Shown piece by piece: positions 1-8,633 of a stretch of 59,025 nt of DNA. The stretch spans positions 1-59,025 of the forward strand of contig DATKRM010000204.1 in assembly GCA_035532195.1 (NCBI GenBank). Reading direction: 5' to 3'. Position 1 is the stretch's first letter; every line of letters starts with the position of its first letter. A model generated the notes under the pieces. That model ran no database searches. It was not told the DNA's origin and saw nothing but the letters and a program-made list of their open reading frames with translations. The translations under genes were made by a program, and so were the position numbers. Origin of the DNA: Solirubrobacteraceae bacterium. Lineage in GTDB: Bacteria > Actinomycetota > Thermoleophilia > Solirubrobacterales > Solirubrobacteraceae.

Positions 1-624
1 GCCGCCGGAGCTGGGAGCGGGTGCGCTCGCCCCGGCCGCCGCGGCCGCACCCTGCTTGGCTGCGGTGCTCAGCGTGACTCGCACGACCCCGTTCATCAGC
101 CGGAGCCGGGACATCAGCCGAGCCACGTCATCCTGCGAAGCTGTGCACCCGCGGAGCTCGAATGCCGGGTTGGGCAGGGCACTGCGGATGCCACTCGCCG
201 CCGTCGTGGAGCCGCTGGGTGACCCCGCTCCCGCGGTTGACCCCGTTCCCGCAGTGGCTGACACCGACTGCAACGTCGTGTTGGCCGGCACCACCTTGGC
301 CAGATCGTCCAATGAGGCGGCCCAGTCGAAGCGGCTGGAGGCGATGGCGCTCACGGTCTGGGCCCGAGCCTGGGCCAGGCCGGCGAACTGGGTGTAGGGG
401 CCGAGCTGGGCGGCCAGCGCCTGGACCGCCGGCACCTGGCGCTGCAGCGAGGCCAGCTTGGACTTCTGGTCGGTCACCGAATTGCTCGTGACGACGTAGA
501 TCGTGACCAACCCCACCGCCAGGGCCAGCAGCCCCACGACGGCGTACCCGGGTCCGCGGAGGTTGCCCGTGCCAGTGCCCTTGACGCGCCGGGAGTCGCC
601 GGGCAGGAGGTTGACGGCTCTCAT
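1..624 (-). CDS. pilN: Type IV pilus assembly protein PilN-like (3' end runs off the window)
   Basis: Not in the ORF track because the stop is outside the window. Manual translation from ATG at 624 (overlapping the pilM stop) gives MRAVNLLP..., a TM segment, a coiled coil, then FDW...LDDLAKVVP. The NLLP motif binds PilM. Confidence 0.85.
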   Translation of the reverse strand, partial: MRAVNLLPGDSRRVKGTGTGNLRGPGYAVVGLLALAVGLVTIYVVTSNSVTDQKSKLASLQRQVPAVQALAAQLGPYTQFAGLAQARAQTVSAIASSRFDWAASLDDLAKVVPANTTLQSVSATAGTGSTAGAGSPSGSTTAASGIRSALPNPAFELRGCTASQDDVARLMSRLRLMNGVVRVTLSTAAKQGAAAAAGASAPAPSSGG

Positions 625-1664
625 GCTTTGATCTCCTCCACGGTCAACCCGGCTGCCACGGCCAGCTTGCCCGGCTCGATGCCCCCGAACCCGCCCGCGC
701 GGGCCTCGGCCACCACCCCTATCTCGAACGGCAGGCCAAGCGCGCCGCCAACCTCCTGGCCGAACCCTGGGATGGCCACGGCCGGGCCGGTGAGCACGGC
801 CGACTCGGCGGCGTCTGAGCCCTCACGCATGGCCTGGAAGTCGAGGGAGTTGCGAACCTCTTCAGCGATCCGGCGCGCCCCCGCGCTCAGTACCTCGCGG
901 GCTTCAGTGACGATCTCGGAATCACCATCGATGTCCTGCACCGGCGTCTCGAGGCCGACGTGCACCAGCCAGGCCTCGGCGTGCTCGACTGTGAGTCCGC
1001 GCCGCTCGGCCAGCTCGCCGGCGATCCATTCGGTTCCGGCTCCGACCACGCGGGTGAACACGCAGGTGGTGCCGGTGGCGATGGCCAGGTTGGTCACCCC
1101 GCCCACATTCAGGTAGGCGACCGTCCCGGAGCCATCGCCGCGATGCAGGGCCCGGATCATCGCGAACGCGGACAGGTCGATGCCTTGGGGCTGAAGACCG
1201 GCGCGCCGGATGGCTTCCAGGAGGCGGTCGATCATGTCCCGCCGGGCCGCCACCACCACCACCCGCGTCCGCGCCCCGTCCGGTGTCTGCACCGGACCCA
1301 GAATCTGGTGCTCCAGCACGGCCTGGTCGAGCGGCATGGGGATGTGCTCCTGGGCGCTGAACCGGACCGCCGACGCGATCTGCTTGGCATCGCTGATCGG
1401 CGGCAGGTCGACCATCCGCATGGCGATTCGCTGGTTGGCCACCCCAATGCGAACGCGCTTGGGCAGCTTGTGCTGGCTGAACAGCTCACGCAAAGCGGAC
1501 GCGACGGCCTCCACATCCATCACCTCTCCATCGCGGACCGCGCCCGCGGGGAGGCTCGCGTAGGCCGCCTTACTGACCGCGACGCGGCCCGACGTCCCCT
1601 GGACGGCGGCGACATAACCTGGCTCGATGTCGAGCCCAACGGTTTCCTTTTGCAGACTAGGCAT
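621..1664 (-). CDS. pilM: Type IV pilus assembly protein PilM (actin-like)
   Basis: VGLDIEP N-terminus, A..HIPMPLDQAVLEHQ, YLNVG..TN and VLTGPAVAIPG motifs; sits in the pilus cluster. ATG 1664 preferred over TTG 1670. Confidence 0.93.
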   Translation of the reverse strand: MPSLQKETVGLDIEPGYVAAVQGTSGRVAVSKAAYASLPAGAVRDGEVMDVEAVASALRELFSQHKLPKRVRIGVANQRIAMRMVDLPPISDAKQIASAVRFSAQEHIPMPLDQAVLEHQILGPVQTPDGARTRVVVVAARRDMIDRLLEAIRRAGLQPQGIDLSAFAMIRALHRGDGSGTVAYLNVGGVTNLAIATGTTCVFTRVVGAGTEWIAGELAERRGLTVEHAEAWLVHVGLETPVQDIDGDSEIVTEAREVLSAGARRIAEEVRNSLDFQAMREGSDAAESAVLTGPAVAIPGFGQEVGGALGLPFEIGVVAEARAGGFGGIEPGKLAVAAGLTVEEIKA

Positions 1665-2898
1665 CCTCAATCCTTAGATCGACTTCTCTGATCAACCAGT
1701 TGAAATAACGGGTCGTGAGGTGGACGAAGGCTGGCCGGCCGCCCCGCTGTCCAAAGGCCCGGCCCACGAGATAGGTGCCGAAGAGCAGCGTCCAAACCAA
1801 CAGAAAGGTGTTGGGCCAGCCCGGTTGATGGAACGGGAGCTCGTAGGTGACGCGGAGCAACGCGACACCAAGGACGGCCAGCAAGGGCACCCGGCGCAGC
1901 GAGTAGACCTCCCACACCGCGAGCGCAATCACAAACGGGACGTAGTAGTAGTAGTTCGGATGGGGGTCGGCCAGGACGCGGGCTAGCCACAGCGCAGCCA
2001 GCAGTGCCAGCGGGTGCGGCGGGCGTAACGATCCTCGGCTCACGCCCCACGCGCTCGCTGCAAGCGTCACGGCCCCCAAAGCGAGGATCAGCGCGGAGGA
2101 GCGGGTCAGGCCAAGTGGCAGCAACCGCGAGGGCACGAGGCTATGCGGCATGTTGGAGCCGAGCTGCCACCAAAGGCTGTAGGGGTTAACCAGGTGCATG
2201 CTGCCCAAGTCGCGGGACCGGGCCAGGAAGGCGGAGGGGTCCAGCATCGCGCCGATGAGTGCCAGGCCGCCCACCGCGCCAGCTGCCGACGCCGCCTTCC
2301 AGCGTCCCGCGGGCAGGGCCAGGAACACCGGCACCGCGACGAGCACCGCCCATGGTTTGGTGCCGATGGCCAGTCCGAGGAGCGCTCCGGACCACAATTC
2401 CCGTCCGCGCTGCGCGGCGATCACTCCAGCCACGCCAAGGACAGCGGTCAGGACCTCCTCTGGGTGGCCGGCGTGGATGGCGTCGACCGTTACCGGGGCG
2501 CCGATCAACAGCACACCGACAAGCGCGCACATGGCCTTCCATTCCCGCTGGCTGGCTTGCCGGCTTAGCCACACTGCCAGTACCGGCAGCGCGGTCAGGC
2601 ACAGCAGGACGCCTAGCCGGTACTCGAGCAGACGGTGGCTGGGGAATGCCTGAGCTATCCGCACCGCCGGCACGCGCAGCAGCAGAGACACGAGTCCCAT
2701 GAAAGGCTGGTTGTTCAGGTACGCGCCGAAATGGCCGTGGGCCAGGCCCGCGATGGCCGGAGCACCATTGCTATCGCCCCCCACCGGTCCGCCGGGCAGG
2801 TAGTCGCCGCTGCCGGGGGTCGACCACGCGATCAGCGCTGCGAGCAAGACTCCGCCGACCAGCAGGCCAAGCTCAAACCACCGGGCGCGCCGGACCAT
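1657..2898 (-). CDS. Polytopic membrane GT-C fold glycosyltransferase (GT87-like), candidate pilin glycosyltransferase
   Basis: About 10 hydrophobic segments, an acidic residue (GDY) in the first extracytoplasmic loop, GHPEE and LLGLAIGTKPW motifs typical of GT87; tightly packed between pilD and pilM. Confidence 0.65.
   Translation of the reverse strand: MVRRARWFELGLLVGGVLLAALIAWSTPGSGDYLPGGPVGGDSNGAPAIAGLAHGHFGAYLNNQPFMGLVSLLLRVPAVRIAQAFPSHRLLEYRLGVLLCLTALPVLAVWLSRQASQREWKAMCALVGVLLIGAPVTVDAIHAGHPEEVLTAVLGVAGVIAAQRGRELWSGALLGLAIGTKPWAVLVAVPVFLALPAGRWKAASAAGAVGGLALIGAMLDPSAFLARSRDLGSMHLVNPYSLWWQLGSNMPHSLVPSRLLPLGLTRSSALILALGAVTLAASAWGVSRGSLRPPHPLALLAALWLARVLADPHPNYYYYVPFVIALAVWEVYSLRRVPLLAVLGVALLRVTYELPFHQPGWPNTFLLVWTLLFGTYLVGRAFGQRGGRPAFVHLTTRYFNWLIREVDLRIEDA
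1676..1703 (-). promoter_or_regulatory. Possible sigma28/WhiG-like internal promoter for pilM
   Basis: Minus strand TCAAC-N15-GTCGATCT, 11 nt before the pilM ATG; imperfect match to GCCGATA. Confidence 0.3.
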
Positions 2899-2899
2899 G

Positions 2900-3676
2900 T
2901 CAGTGGATTGCTTGGAGGTATAGATGCGTCAGCGCAGGTCCCGCCAGCACCCCGACGATCCCGCCCAGCGCCAGGAACGGCCCGAACGGAAGCGCCGTCT
3001 TGCGGCCCCGAGCCACCCCGACACGCGCCATCACCGCGGCGCCCACGACCACTCCCGCCACAACGCCGACCAATAGGGCCACGGCGACCGAGCGGCCCAG
3101 GAACAAGCCGAGCATCCCGGCCAGCTTCACATCGCCCATGCCCATGCCGCGCGGGTAGGCGAGCACGAACACGAGTAGGAATCCGGCGGCCGCCGCTCCC
3201 GCGATCAGCTGCTCGGGAACCCCCGCCGGATGCGTGGCCAGGCCGATGACGATCGCCGCCCCGGCCGCCAGAGCCAGGATCCGGTTGGGAATGATCCGGT
3301 GCTCCAGGTCGATCAGCGCCACGGGGACGAGCACGACCACCAGTACCAGGCCCAACGCCACGTCATGGACCGAATGCTTGACCAGCACCACCGCCACGGC
3401 TAGCACCGCCGTCAGCGCCTCGACCAACGGATAGCGGGCCGAGATCGGCTCATGGCAGGACCGGCAGCGCCCATGCAGCAGCAGCCACCCGAACACCGGC
3501 AGGTTGTCGTAAGGCTTGATGGGCGTCTGGCACCCGGGGCAGTGCGAGCTCGGAGTGACCAGCGACTCGTGCCGAGGCAGCCGGTAGGCCACCACGTTCA
3601 GGAACGAGCCCACGACCAGTCCTCCTAATCCGGCAAGCACGAGACCCATGAGCAAGTTATCGGCGGCGGTCATCAC
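2900..3676 (-). CDS. pilD: Prepilin peptidase/N-methyltransferase (A24A)
   Basis: GSFLNVVAYRLP, SHCPGC...GRCRSC zinc motif, IDLEHRIIPN, GMGMGDVKL, PFGPFLALG. Confidence 0.95.
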   Translation of the reverse strand: MMTAADNLLMGLVLAGLGGLVVGSFLNVVAYRLPRHESLVTPSSHCPGCQTPIKPYDNLPVFGWLLLHGRCRSCHEPISARYPLVEALTAVLAVAVVLVKHSVHDVALGLVLVVVLVPVALIDLEHRIIPNRILALAAGAAIVIGLATHPAGVPEQLIAGAAAAGFLLVFVLAYPRGMGMGDVKLAGMLGLFLGRSVAVALLVGVVAGVVVGAAVMARVGVARGRKTALPFGPFLALGGIVGVLAGPALTHLYLQAIH

Positions 3677-3685
3677 GATCTCCAG

Positions 3686-3718
3686 AAAACAGCCGGGCGG
3701 GCCAGTTGGCCCGCCCGG
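3686..3718 (-). terminator. Intrinsic terminator after pilA
   Basis: 12-bp inverted repeat CCGGGCGGGCCA-gt-TGGCCCGCCCGG (3693-3718) followed on the minus strand by CTGTTTT. Confidence 0.8.
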
Positions 3719-3748
3719 GTTGGTTGGTTCAGCTGCTTACGGTGGTGA

Positions 3749-4204
3749 CTACCAGGTCAGGCTCGACGGACAGCCGCCAGGGTTTCCGCCGCCGGAACCG
3801 GCTGTACAGGTTCGCGCGACGCTTCCAGAGGTGTCGGTGATGGTGAACGTGTCACCCGTGGTGTTGGCGGTCGACGTGAGCGTGTACCCGGTGGTCCCGT
3901 TAGGGGTCACCGTGGTCAGCGTCGGGGCGCCGGCCTGGGTGGCCAGCGTCGGCTCGATCGCGGTCAGGGCGGTCGCCGTGGCACCGGTGTAATCGCCGTT
4001 GTGATCGGTGCCGTACGTCTCGATGGCGGTCTGAGCGGTCCGCACCTGCGACTTCGCGGAGGCGTCATACGCCTTACCACGCTGGTTGAGGAACGTGGGG
4101 ATGGCGATCGCGGCCAGAATGCCGATGATCAGCACCACGACGAGGAGCTCGATCAGGGTAAAGCCCTGCTCCTCCTCGGCGCGACGACGTAGCTTTGAGA
4201 GCAT
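3749..4204 (-). CDS. pilA: Type IVa major pilin
   Basis: Class III signal QG|FTLIELLVVVLIIGILAAIAIP with E5, C-terminal Cys pair, AGGAGG Shine-Dalgarno, own terminator. Confidence 0.95.
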   Translation of the reverse strand: MLSKLRRRAEEEQGFTLIELLVVVLIIGILAAIAIPTFLNQRGKAYDASAKSQVRTAQTAIETYGTDHNGDYTGATATALTAIEPTLATQAGAPTLTTVTPNGTTGYTLTSTANTTGDTFTITDTSGSVARTCTAGSGGGNPGGCPSSLTW

Positions 4205-4282
4205 TGATCCTCCTGGGATCGGTGGGTTATTGGGCCTGCCAGATCCCTGGGTCCTCTAGCCATCGCGGCTCTTACAAGCCTC

Positions 4283-4362
4283 TGGTGGCAGCTCGGCTTC
4301 CTCCGGTTGGGAGACCCGTGGCTTTGCGTCCCGCCCTCACGGACGGTTTGCCTTTGGCACCT
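4283..4362 (-). ncRNA. c-di-GMP-I (GEMM-I) riboswitch in the pilA 5' UTR
   Basis: Minus strand reads GGUG-CCAAA-GGCAAACC-GUCC-GUGA-GGGC-GGGACGCAAAGCC-ACGGGUC...AGCCGAGCUGC-CACC. It has P1 (GGUG/CACC), a GNRA loop, the GGCAAACC and GGGACGCAAAGCC signatures, and G20 and C92 equivalents. Confidence 0.92.
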
Positions 4363-4381
4363 AGTAGCTCTGGCGAGGTTG

Positions 4382-4407
4382 GTATCGGCACATGACAGCC
4401 GGCTTGA
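4382..4407 (-). promoter_or_regulatory. sigma28/FliA/WhiG-type promoter of pilA
   Basis: TCAAG-N13-GCCGATAC on the minus strand, about 20 nt upstream of the riboswitch. Confidence 0.7.
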
Positions 4408-4422
4408 GCAATTGGCTCAAGC
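4402..4422. promoter_or_regulatory. Perfect palindrome overlapping the pilA -35 (candidate operator)
   Basis: GCTTGAGC-aattg-GCTCAAGC, 8-bp arms. Confidence 0.4.
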
Positions 4423-4437
4423 GTCTGGACGCATGTG

Positions 4438-4701
4438 CTACGTGGCGTCGGGAGGGGGTCCGCCAGCCGGCTGAGACTGGCCCTCGGATGGCGGGACCAC
4501 GCTCTCACCCCGCGCCTGGGGCGAGCCCTCGGCCGGCGCCTGCTGCGCATCGCGCCCGGCCTCGAACTGACCACTGCCGCTACACCACGGACATGTCACC
4601 TCGTGGGCCTCGCCGCCGAGATTCGAGATCACCTGGCCGGTGCCCCGGCACGGGGTGCAGGTGCTGCGGTCGGGTTCGGTCCGCGGATTCTCAGTGCCCA
4701 T
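4438..4701 (-). CDS. Small DnaJ-type zinc-finger protein
   Basis: Two CxxCxGxG repeats (CTPCRGTG, CPWCSGSG); TATCGT -10 just before the ATG. Confidence 0.75.
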   Translation of the reverse strand: MGTENPRTEPDRSTCTPCRGTGQVISNLGGEAHEVTCPWCSGSGQFEAGRDAQQAPAEGSPQARGESVVPPSEGQSQPAGGPPPDAT

Positions 4702-4755
4702 CGCGCCCGGACGATAGCCGTCCCGGCCCCGGCACTCCAGCGACCGGCGGCGTGG

Positions 4756-6126
4756 CTAGCTGGCGCCGGCTGCCGGGCGCAGGATCAGCCGCGTCCGCGG
4801 GGGCTGGCTGAAGTCGAAGTCCCGGATCAGGTTGCCCAGCCCCGGCGCCCGCTCTCGCACGTCCGGGCGCGGGTCGGGGCGGCCGTCGGTCCGCGGGTCG
4901 ATCCGGCGCCCGCCCAGGAAATCGTCCTCAATGAACTTGGTGAACGCATCGAAGCTCAGCCGCTGATGATCGACATAGCCGCGCCGGGCGTAGGGGCTGA
5001 TCACCAGACCCGGGACGCGGAAGCCGTAGCCGTTGCCGTCCACCGCGGGTGGCGCCAGGTGGTCGTAGAACCCGCCCCAGTCGTCCCAGGCCAGGAAGAT
5101 CGCGGTCGAGCTCCAGTCCTTGGAGCGCATGAGGGCGTTGATGATCCGGGTCACGTAGGCCTGCCCGGTATGGATCGACGAGTCGGGATGCTCGGACACC
5201 ACACCGTTGGGGATAACCCACGACACCGCCGGCAGCCGGTTGCGGCTCAGGGCGGTGAACAGCGTGCTCGTGTCACGAACGTTGCCCAGCTGCCCATCCT
5301 GGCGCACGGTGTCAAAGCTGGGCAGCGGGTTCCAGATTCCGGGCGTGCGCGGATCCTGCGCGTTGTACTTGCAGAGCATGGCGCCCGTCTCGCAGTCGGG
5401 TTCGGGACCGGTCCCTATGTAGTAGGCCCAACTCACACCGTGGCGGTGCAGCAGGTAGGTGAGATCAGTCCACGCGTAGTCCGGTGCCTTGTGCGGCTCG
5501 GGGCCGAAGTCCTGGGGCAGGGGCGGCACCTCGGGGGCGGTAGAGCAGCTCATGGGGTCGGCGATCTTCATGCAGGTGGCCGACCACCCCGACACCATGT
5601 ACAGGTGAGCCGGGAGGCTCCACGAATTCACCGGCTCGAACATGTGGTCCTGGAGAACGAAGTTGCGCGCGTAGGTCCAGTAGTTGGGGATCTCCCGCGC
5701 CGTGTGGTAGCCCATCACGTCGTTCACGGTCCCGGCCTGGCACCCGAAGGGATCTAGTGCGTTCTGGCAGGTCAGGCGGGACTTGATGAAACCGTCCATC
5801 TTGCCGCCGTCCAGGTCCTCGCTGAACACCGAGTTGTCGTGCGGTCCGCCGATGTTGACCACCGCGCGGTCGTGGTAGGGCTTGACGCACCGGCTGGTGT
5901 CCGGATAGCCAGGGATGCAAGGCATCTTCCCGGGGTGTCCCGCCACCCCGGGAATGCCCGCAGCCCCGGGAAACGTGCCGAAGTAGGAGTCAAACGACCG
6001 GTTCTCCTGCATGATGACCACCACGTGGCGGATCTTGTGGATGCCGCGCTGCGGCGCCGCGAGGGCCGCGCTCGCCCCGGTCAGGCCGGCGAGCGCCACA
6101 GCGATCAGCCCTACGGCGCGGCGCAT
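4756..6126 (-). CDS. Secreted phospholipase C/AcpA-type phosphoesterase, copy 1
   Basis: Signal peptide; [51 protein letters not shown]. Confidence 0.92.
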   Translation of the reverse strand: MRRAVGLIAVALAGLTGASAALAAPQRGIHKIRHVVVIMQENRSFDSYFGTFPGAAGIPGVAGHPGKMPCIPGYPDTSRCVKPYHDRAVVNIGGPHDNSVFSEDLDGGKMDGFIKSRLTCQNALDPFGCQAGTVNDVMGYHTAREIPNYWTYARNFVLQDHMFEPVNSWSLPAHLYMVSGWSATCMKIADPMSCSTAPEVPPLPQDFGPEPHKAPDYAWTDLTYLLHRHGVSWAYYIGTGPEPDCETGAMLCKYNAQDPRTPGIWNPLPSFDTVRQDGQLGNVRDTSTLFTALSRNRLPAVSWVIPNGVVSEHPDSSIHTGQAYVTRIINALMRSKDWSSTAIFLAWDDWGGFYDHLAPPAVDGNGYGFRVPGLVISPYARRGYVDHQRLSFDAFTKFIEDDFLGGRRIDPRTDGRPDPRPDVRERAPGLGNLIRDFDFSQPPRTRLILRPAAGAS

Positions 6127-7643
6127 CAGTGGTTCCTCAGAACCGGGATCAGGTTGGGCGGGAGCCGGTTGGGCGGGATCCGCGGCAGCAGCAGCGGCTT
6201 CCGCGGTTGCTGCTGGAAGTCGAAGTCGTTGACCAGGTTGCCGAGCCGCTTGACGTTCTCCCGCACGGTGGGGCGCGAGTCTGGGCGGCCGTCGCCCGGG
6301 CCAATCCGCTGGCCACCTAGGAAGTCGTCCTCGATGAACTTGAGGTACGCGTCGAAGCTCAGCACCTGGTGGTCGATGTATCCGCGGCGGGCGTAGGGAC
6401 TAATGACCAGCGCCGGCACGCGCAGCCCGTAGCCCTGGCCGTCCACTCGGGGTGGCTTGACGTGGTCGTAGAAGCCACCCCAGTCATCCCAGGCCAGGAA
6501 GATCGCGGTCGAGCTCCAGTCCTTGCTGGACATGACCGCGTTGATCACCCGGGTCACGTGGTCCTGGCCCATGCTGACCCGGGCCGGGGCGTGCTCGGAG
6601 TTGTCGCCGGACGGAATCACCCAGGAGACTGCGGGCAGGTGGCCGGTCCGGGCGTCGCGGAACAACTGGCTGTTGGGGACGATGTTGCCCAGCTGCCGGT
6701 CCTGGTGGACGTCCACGAAGTCGGGCAGCGGGTTCCAGATCTCCGGCGTCTCCACGCTCTGGGGCACCGGCGTGCAACTCATCGCCCCGTTGGCGCAATC
6801 GGGCTCGGTGCCCTGGGTCAGGTAGTAGCGCCAGCTGATGTGGCGGCGATGCAGCAGGTACGTGATGTCAGTCCAGCCGTACTCCGGCGCCTGCGTCGCG
6901 TTGAACGGGTCATCGGCGTCGGAGATCTTGGTCAGGCCGAGGAGCGCCGCCCCGTTGGCCGCCGAGGGCGGCTGGCCGTCGCCGTCGGGCAGGACGAGGT
7001 TTGCGCTTTTGCAGCTCATCGGCCGCATCACGTCTAGGCAGGTGGCCGACCAGCCAGACACCATGTATACGTGCGCGGGCAGGCTCCAGCCGAGGTTGGG
7101 CTCGAACATGTGGTCCTGGAGCACGAAGTTCTGCGCGTACTTCCAGTAGTGCGGGATCTCGCGGGCGTCGTGGTAGCCCATGACGTCGACGCACGGCGGA
7201 CCGCCCAGCACGCTCACGAGCTGCGAGGTCGTGGTGATCGGCACGTGGCAGCCCAGTCGGTCGGTGTCGACGTGGCCTGATTCCACGGCGGCGATGAACC
7301 CGTTCATCTTGCCGCGGCTGATGTCCATCGTCGCGTCGACCGCCATGTGCGGCCCGCCCGCGTTGATGTCCTTGGGGTTGTGGTACGGCTTCCGGCAGGT
7401 GTGCTTCTGGGGGTCGGGCACGCACGGCACGCGGCCCGGATTTCCGGCCAGCCCGGGGATCCCGTCGGCGCCGGGGTAGGTGCCGAAGTAGGAGTCAAAG
7501 GACCGGTTCTCCTGCATGATGATCACCACGTGGCGGATCTTGTGGATCCCCGCCTCGCCGGCTGAGGCACCGGCCCCGGCGGCTGGTGCCACCAGCAGCA
7601 GCGCGATTACGACCCCCATAACCGAGCCGGCGCGGTTGATCAT
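6126..7643 (-). CDS. Secreted phospholipase C/AcpA-type phosphoesterase, copy 2
   Basis: Same motif set ([34 protein letters not shown]); signal peptide; 1-nt stop/start overlap with copy 1. Confidence 0.92.
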   Translation of the reverse strand: MINRAGSVMGVVIALLLVAPAAGAGASAGEAGIHKIRHVVIIMQENRSFDSYFGTYPGADGIPGLAGNPGRVPCVPDPQKHTCRKPYHNPKDINAGGPHMAVDATMDISRGKMNGFIAAVESGHVDTDRLGCHVPITTTSQLVSVLGGPPCVDVMGYHDAREIPHYWKYAQNFVLQDHMFEPNLGWSLPAHVYMVSGWSATCLDVMRPMSCKSANLVLPDGDGQPPSAANGAALLGLTKISDADDPFNATQAPEYGWTDITYLLHRRHISWRYYLTQGTEPDCANGAMSCTPVPQSVETPEIWNPLPDFVDVHQDRQLGNIVPNSQLFRDARTGHLPAVSWVIPSGDNSEHAPARVSMGQDHVTRVINAVMSSKDWSSTAIFLAWDDWGGFYDHVKPPRVDGQGYGLRVPALVISPYARRGYIDHQVLSFDAYLKFIEDDFLGGQRIGPGDGRPDSRPTVRENVKRLGNLVNDFDFQQQPRKPLLLPRIPPNRLPPNLIPVLRNH

Positions 7644-7724
7644 TCGCCTCTCCTCATTTGCCCCACACGAGCCAGGCTATTATACACCCTGACAACAAGT
7701 CCGCGGGACCGGTATGTTTCCGGC

Positions 7725-8633
7725 GTGGCCGCCGTTCGTGCCTGGGGCATCACGAAGCGCTTCGAGACCACCCTGGCGCTCGACGCCGTGGACCTGGAGG
7801 TCTCCGAGGGAGAGATCCGCGGCCTCCTGGGGCCCAACGGCGCCGGGAAGACCACCCTGCTGCGCATCCTGTTCGGGTTGATCGGGGCGGATGCCGGCTC
7901 GGTGGAGCTCTTCCCCAGCCGCCCGGTTGAACCTCGGCGTACCCGGCTCGACGGCGTGGCCGGCTTCGTCGAGGACCCGAGCTTCTACCCCTACCTGAGC
8001 GGCCAGGCGAACCTCGAGCTCCTGGGCCAGCTGGACGGCGGCGCTGACTCGCAGCGCATAGCCGAGGTGCTGGACCGAGTGGATTTGGGCAACCGTGGAG
8101 CTGACCGGGTCAGCGGCTACTCCTCGGGCATGAAGCAGCGGCTGGGGATCGCCGCTGCGCTTCTGCGGGCGCCCCGGCTGCTGCTGCTCGACGAGCCCAC
8201 GGCCGGTCTGGACCCGGGCGGGGTCCGCCAGATCGGCACGCTGGTCCGCGAGCTGTCGGCGGACGGCGTCGCCATCCTGCTCTCCAGCCATCAGATCATC
8301 GAGGTGGAGGACGTCTGCCACACGTTCACCTTCCTGCGCCGCGGAGCCGTGGTGTGGGATGGCACCGCGGGCGAGCTGCGCGCGCAGGCCCCTGCCTCCT
8401 CCCACGCCATGAGCACCAGCGACGATCGGCGCGCGCTGGAGCTGGCTGACCGAACCGCCGGGATCACCGCGGAGCGTGCCGAGGGCGGCGGTCTCACTGT
8501 GTCGGCCCAGGCCGAGCGCCTGGACCCGTACGTGCTCGCGCTGGGTCAGGCCGGAGTGGCGGTCCGCCGGCTGGATCTCCGGGTCAGTCCGCTGGAGTCG
8601 ATGTTCTTTCAGCTCACCGGAGAACCGCGATGA
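7725..8633 (+). CDS. ABC-2 type exporter ATP-binding subunit
   Basis: GPNGAGKTT Walker A, YSSGMKQR signature, LLLDEPT Walker B, SSH switch. Confidence 0.93.
   Translation: MAAVRAWGITKRFETTLALDAVDLEVSEGEIRGLLGPNGAGKTTLLRILFGLIGADAGSVELFPSRPVEPRRTRLDGVAGFVEDPSFYPYLSGQANLELLGQLDGGADSQRIAEVLDRVDLGNRGADRVSGYSSGMKQRLGIAAALLRAPRLLLLDEPTAGLDPGGVRQIGTLVRELSADGVAILLSSHQIIEVEDVCHTFTFLRRGAVVWDGTAGELRAQAPASSHAMSTSDDRRALELADRTAGITAERAEGGGLTVSAQAERLDPYVLALGQAGVAVRRLDLRVSPLESMFFQLTGEPR

Noticed and set aside
3749-4204. Electrically conductive (e-pilin) type pilin
   Set aside because: Full-length pilin with sparse aromatics and long aromatic-free gaps; the riboswitch has G20, not the cGAMP-type A20.
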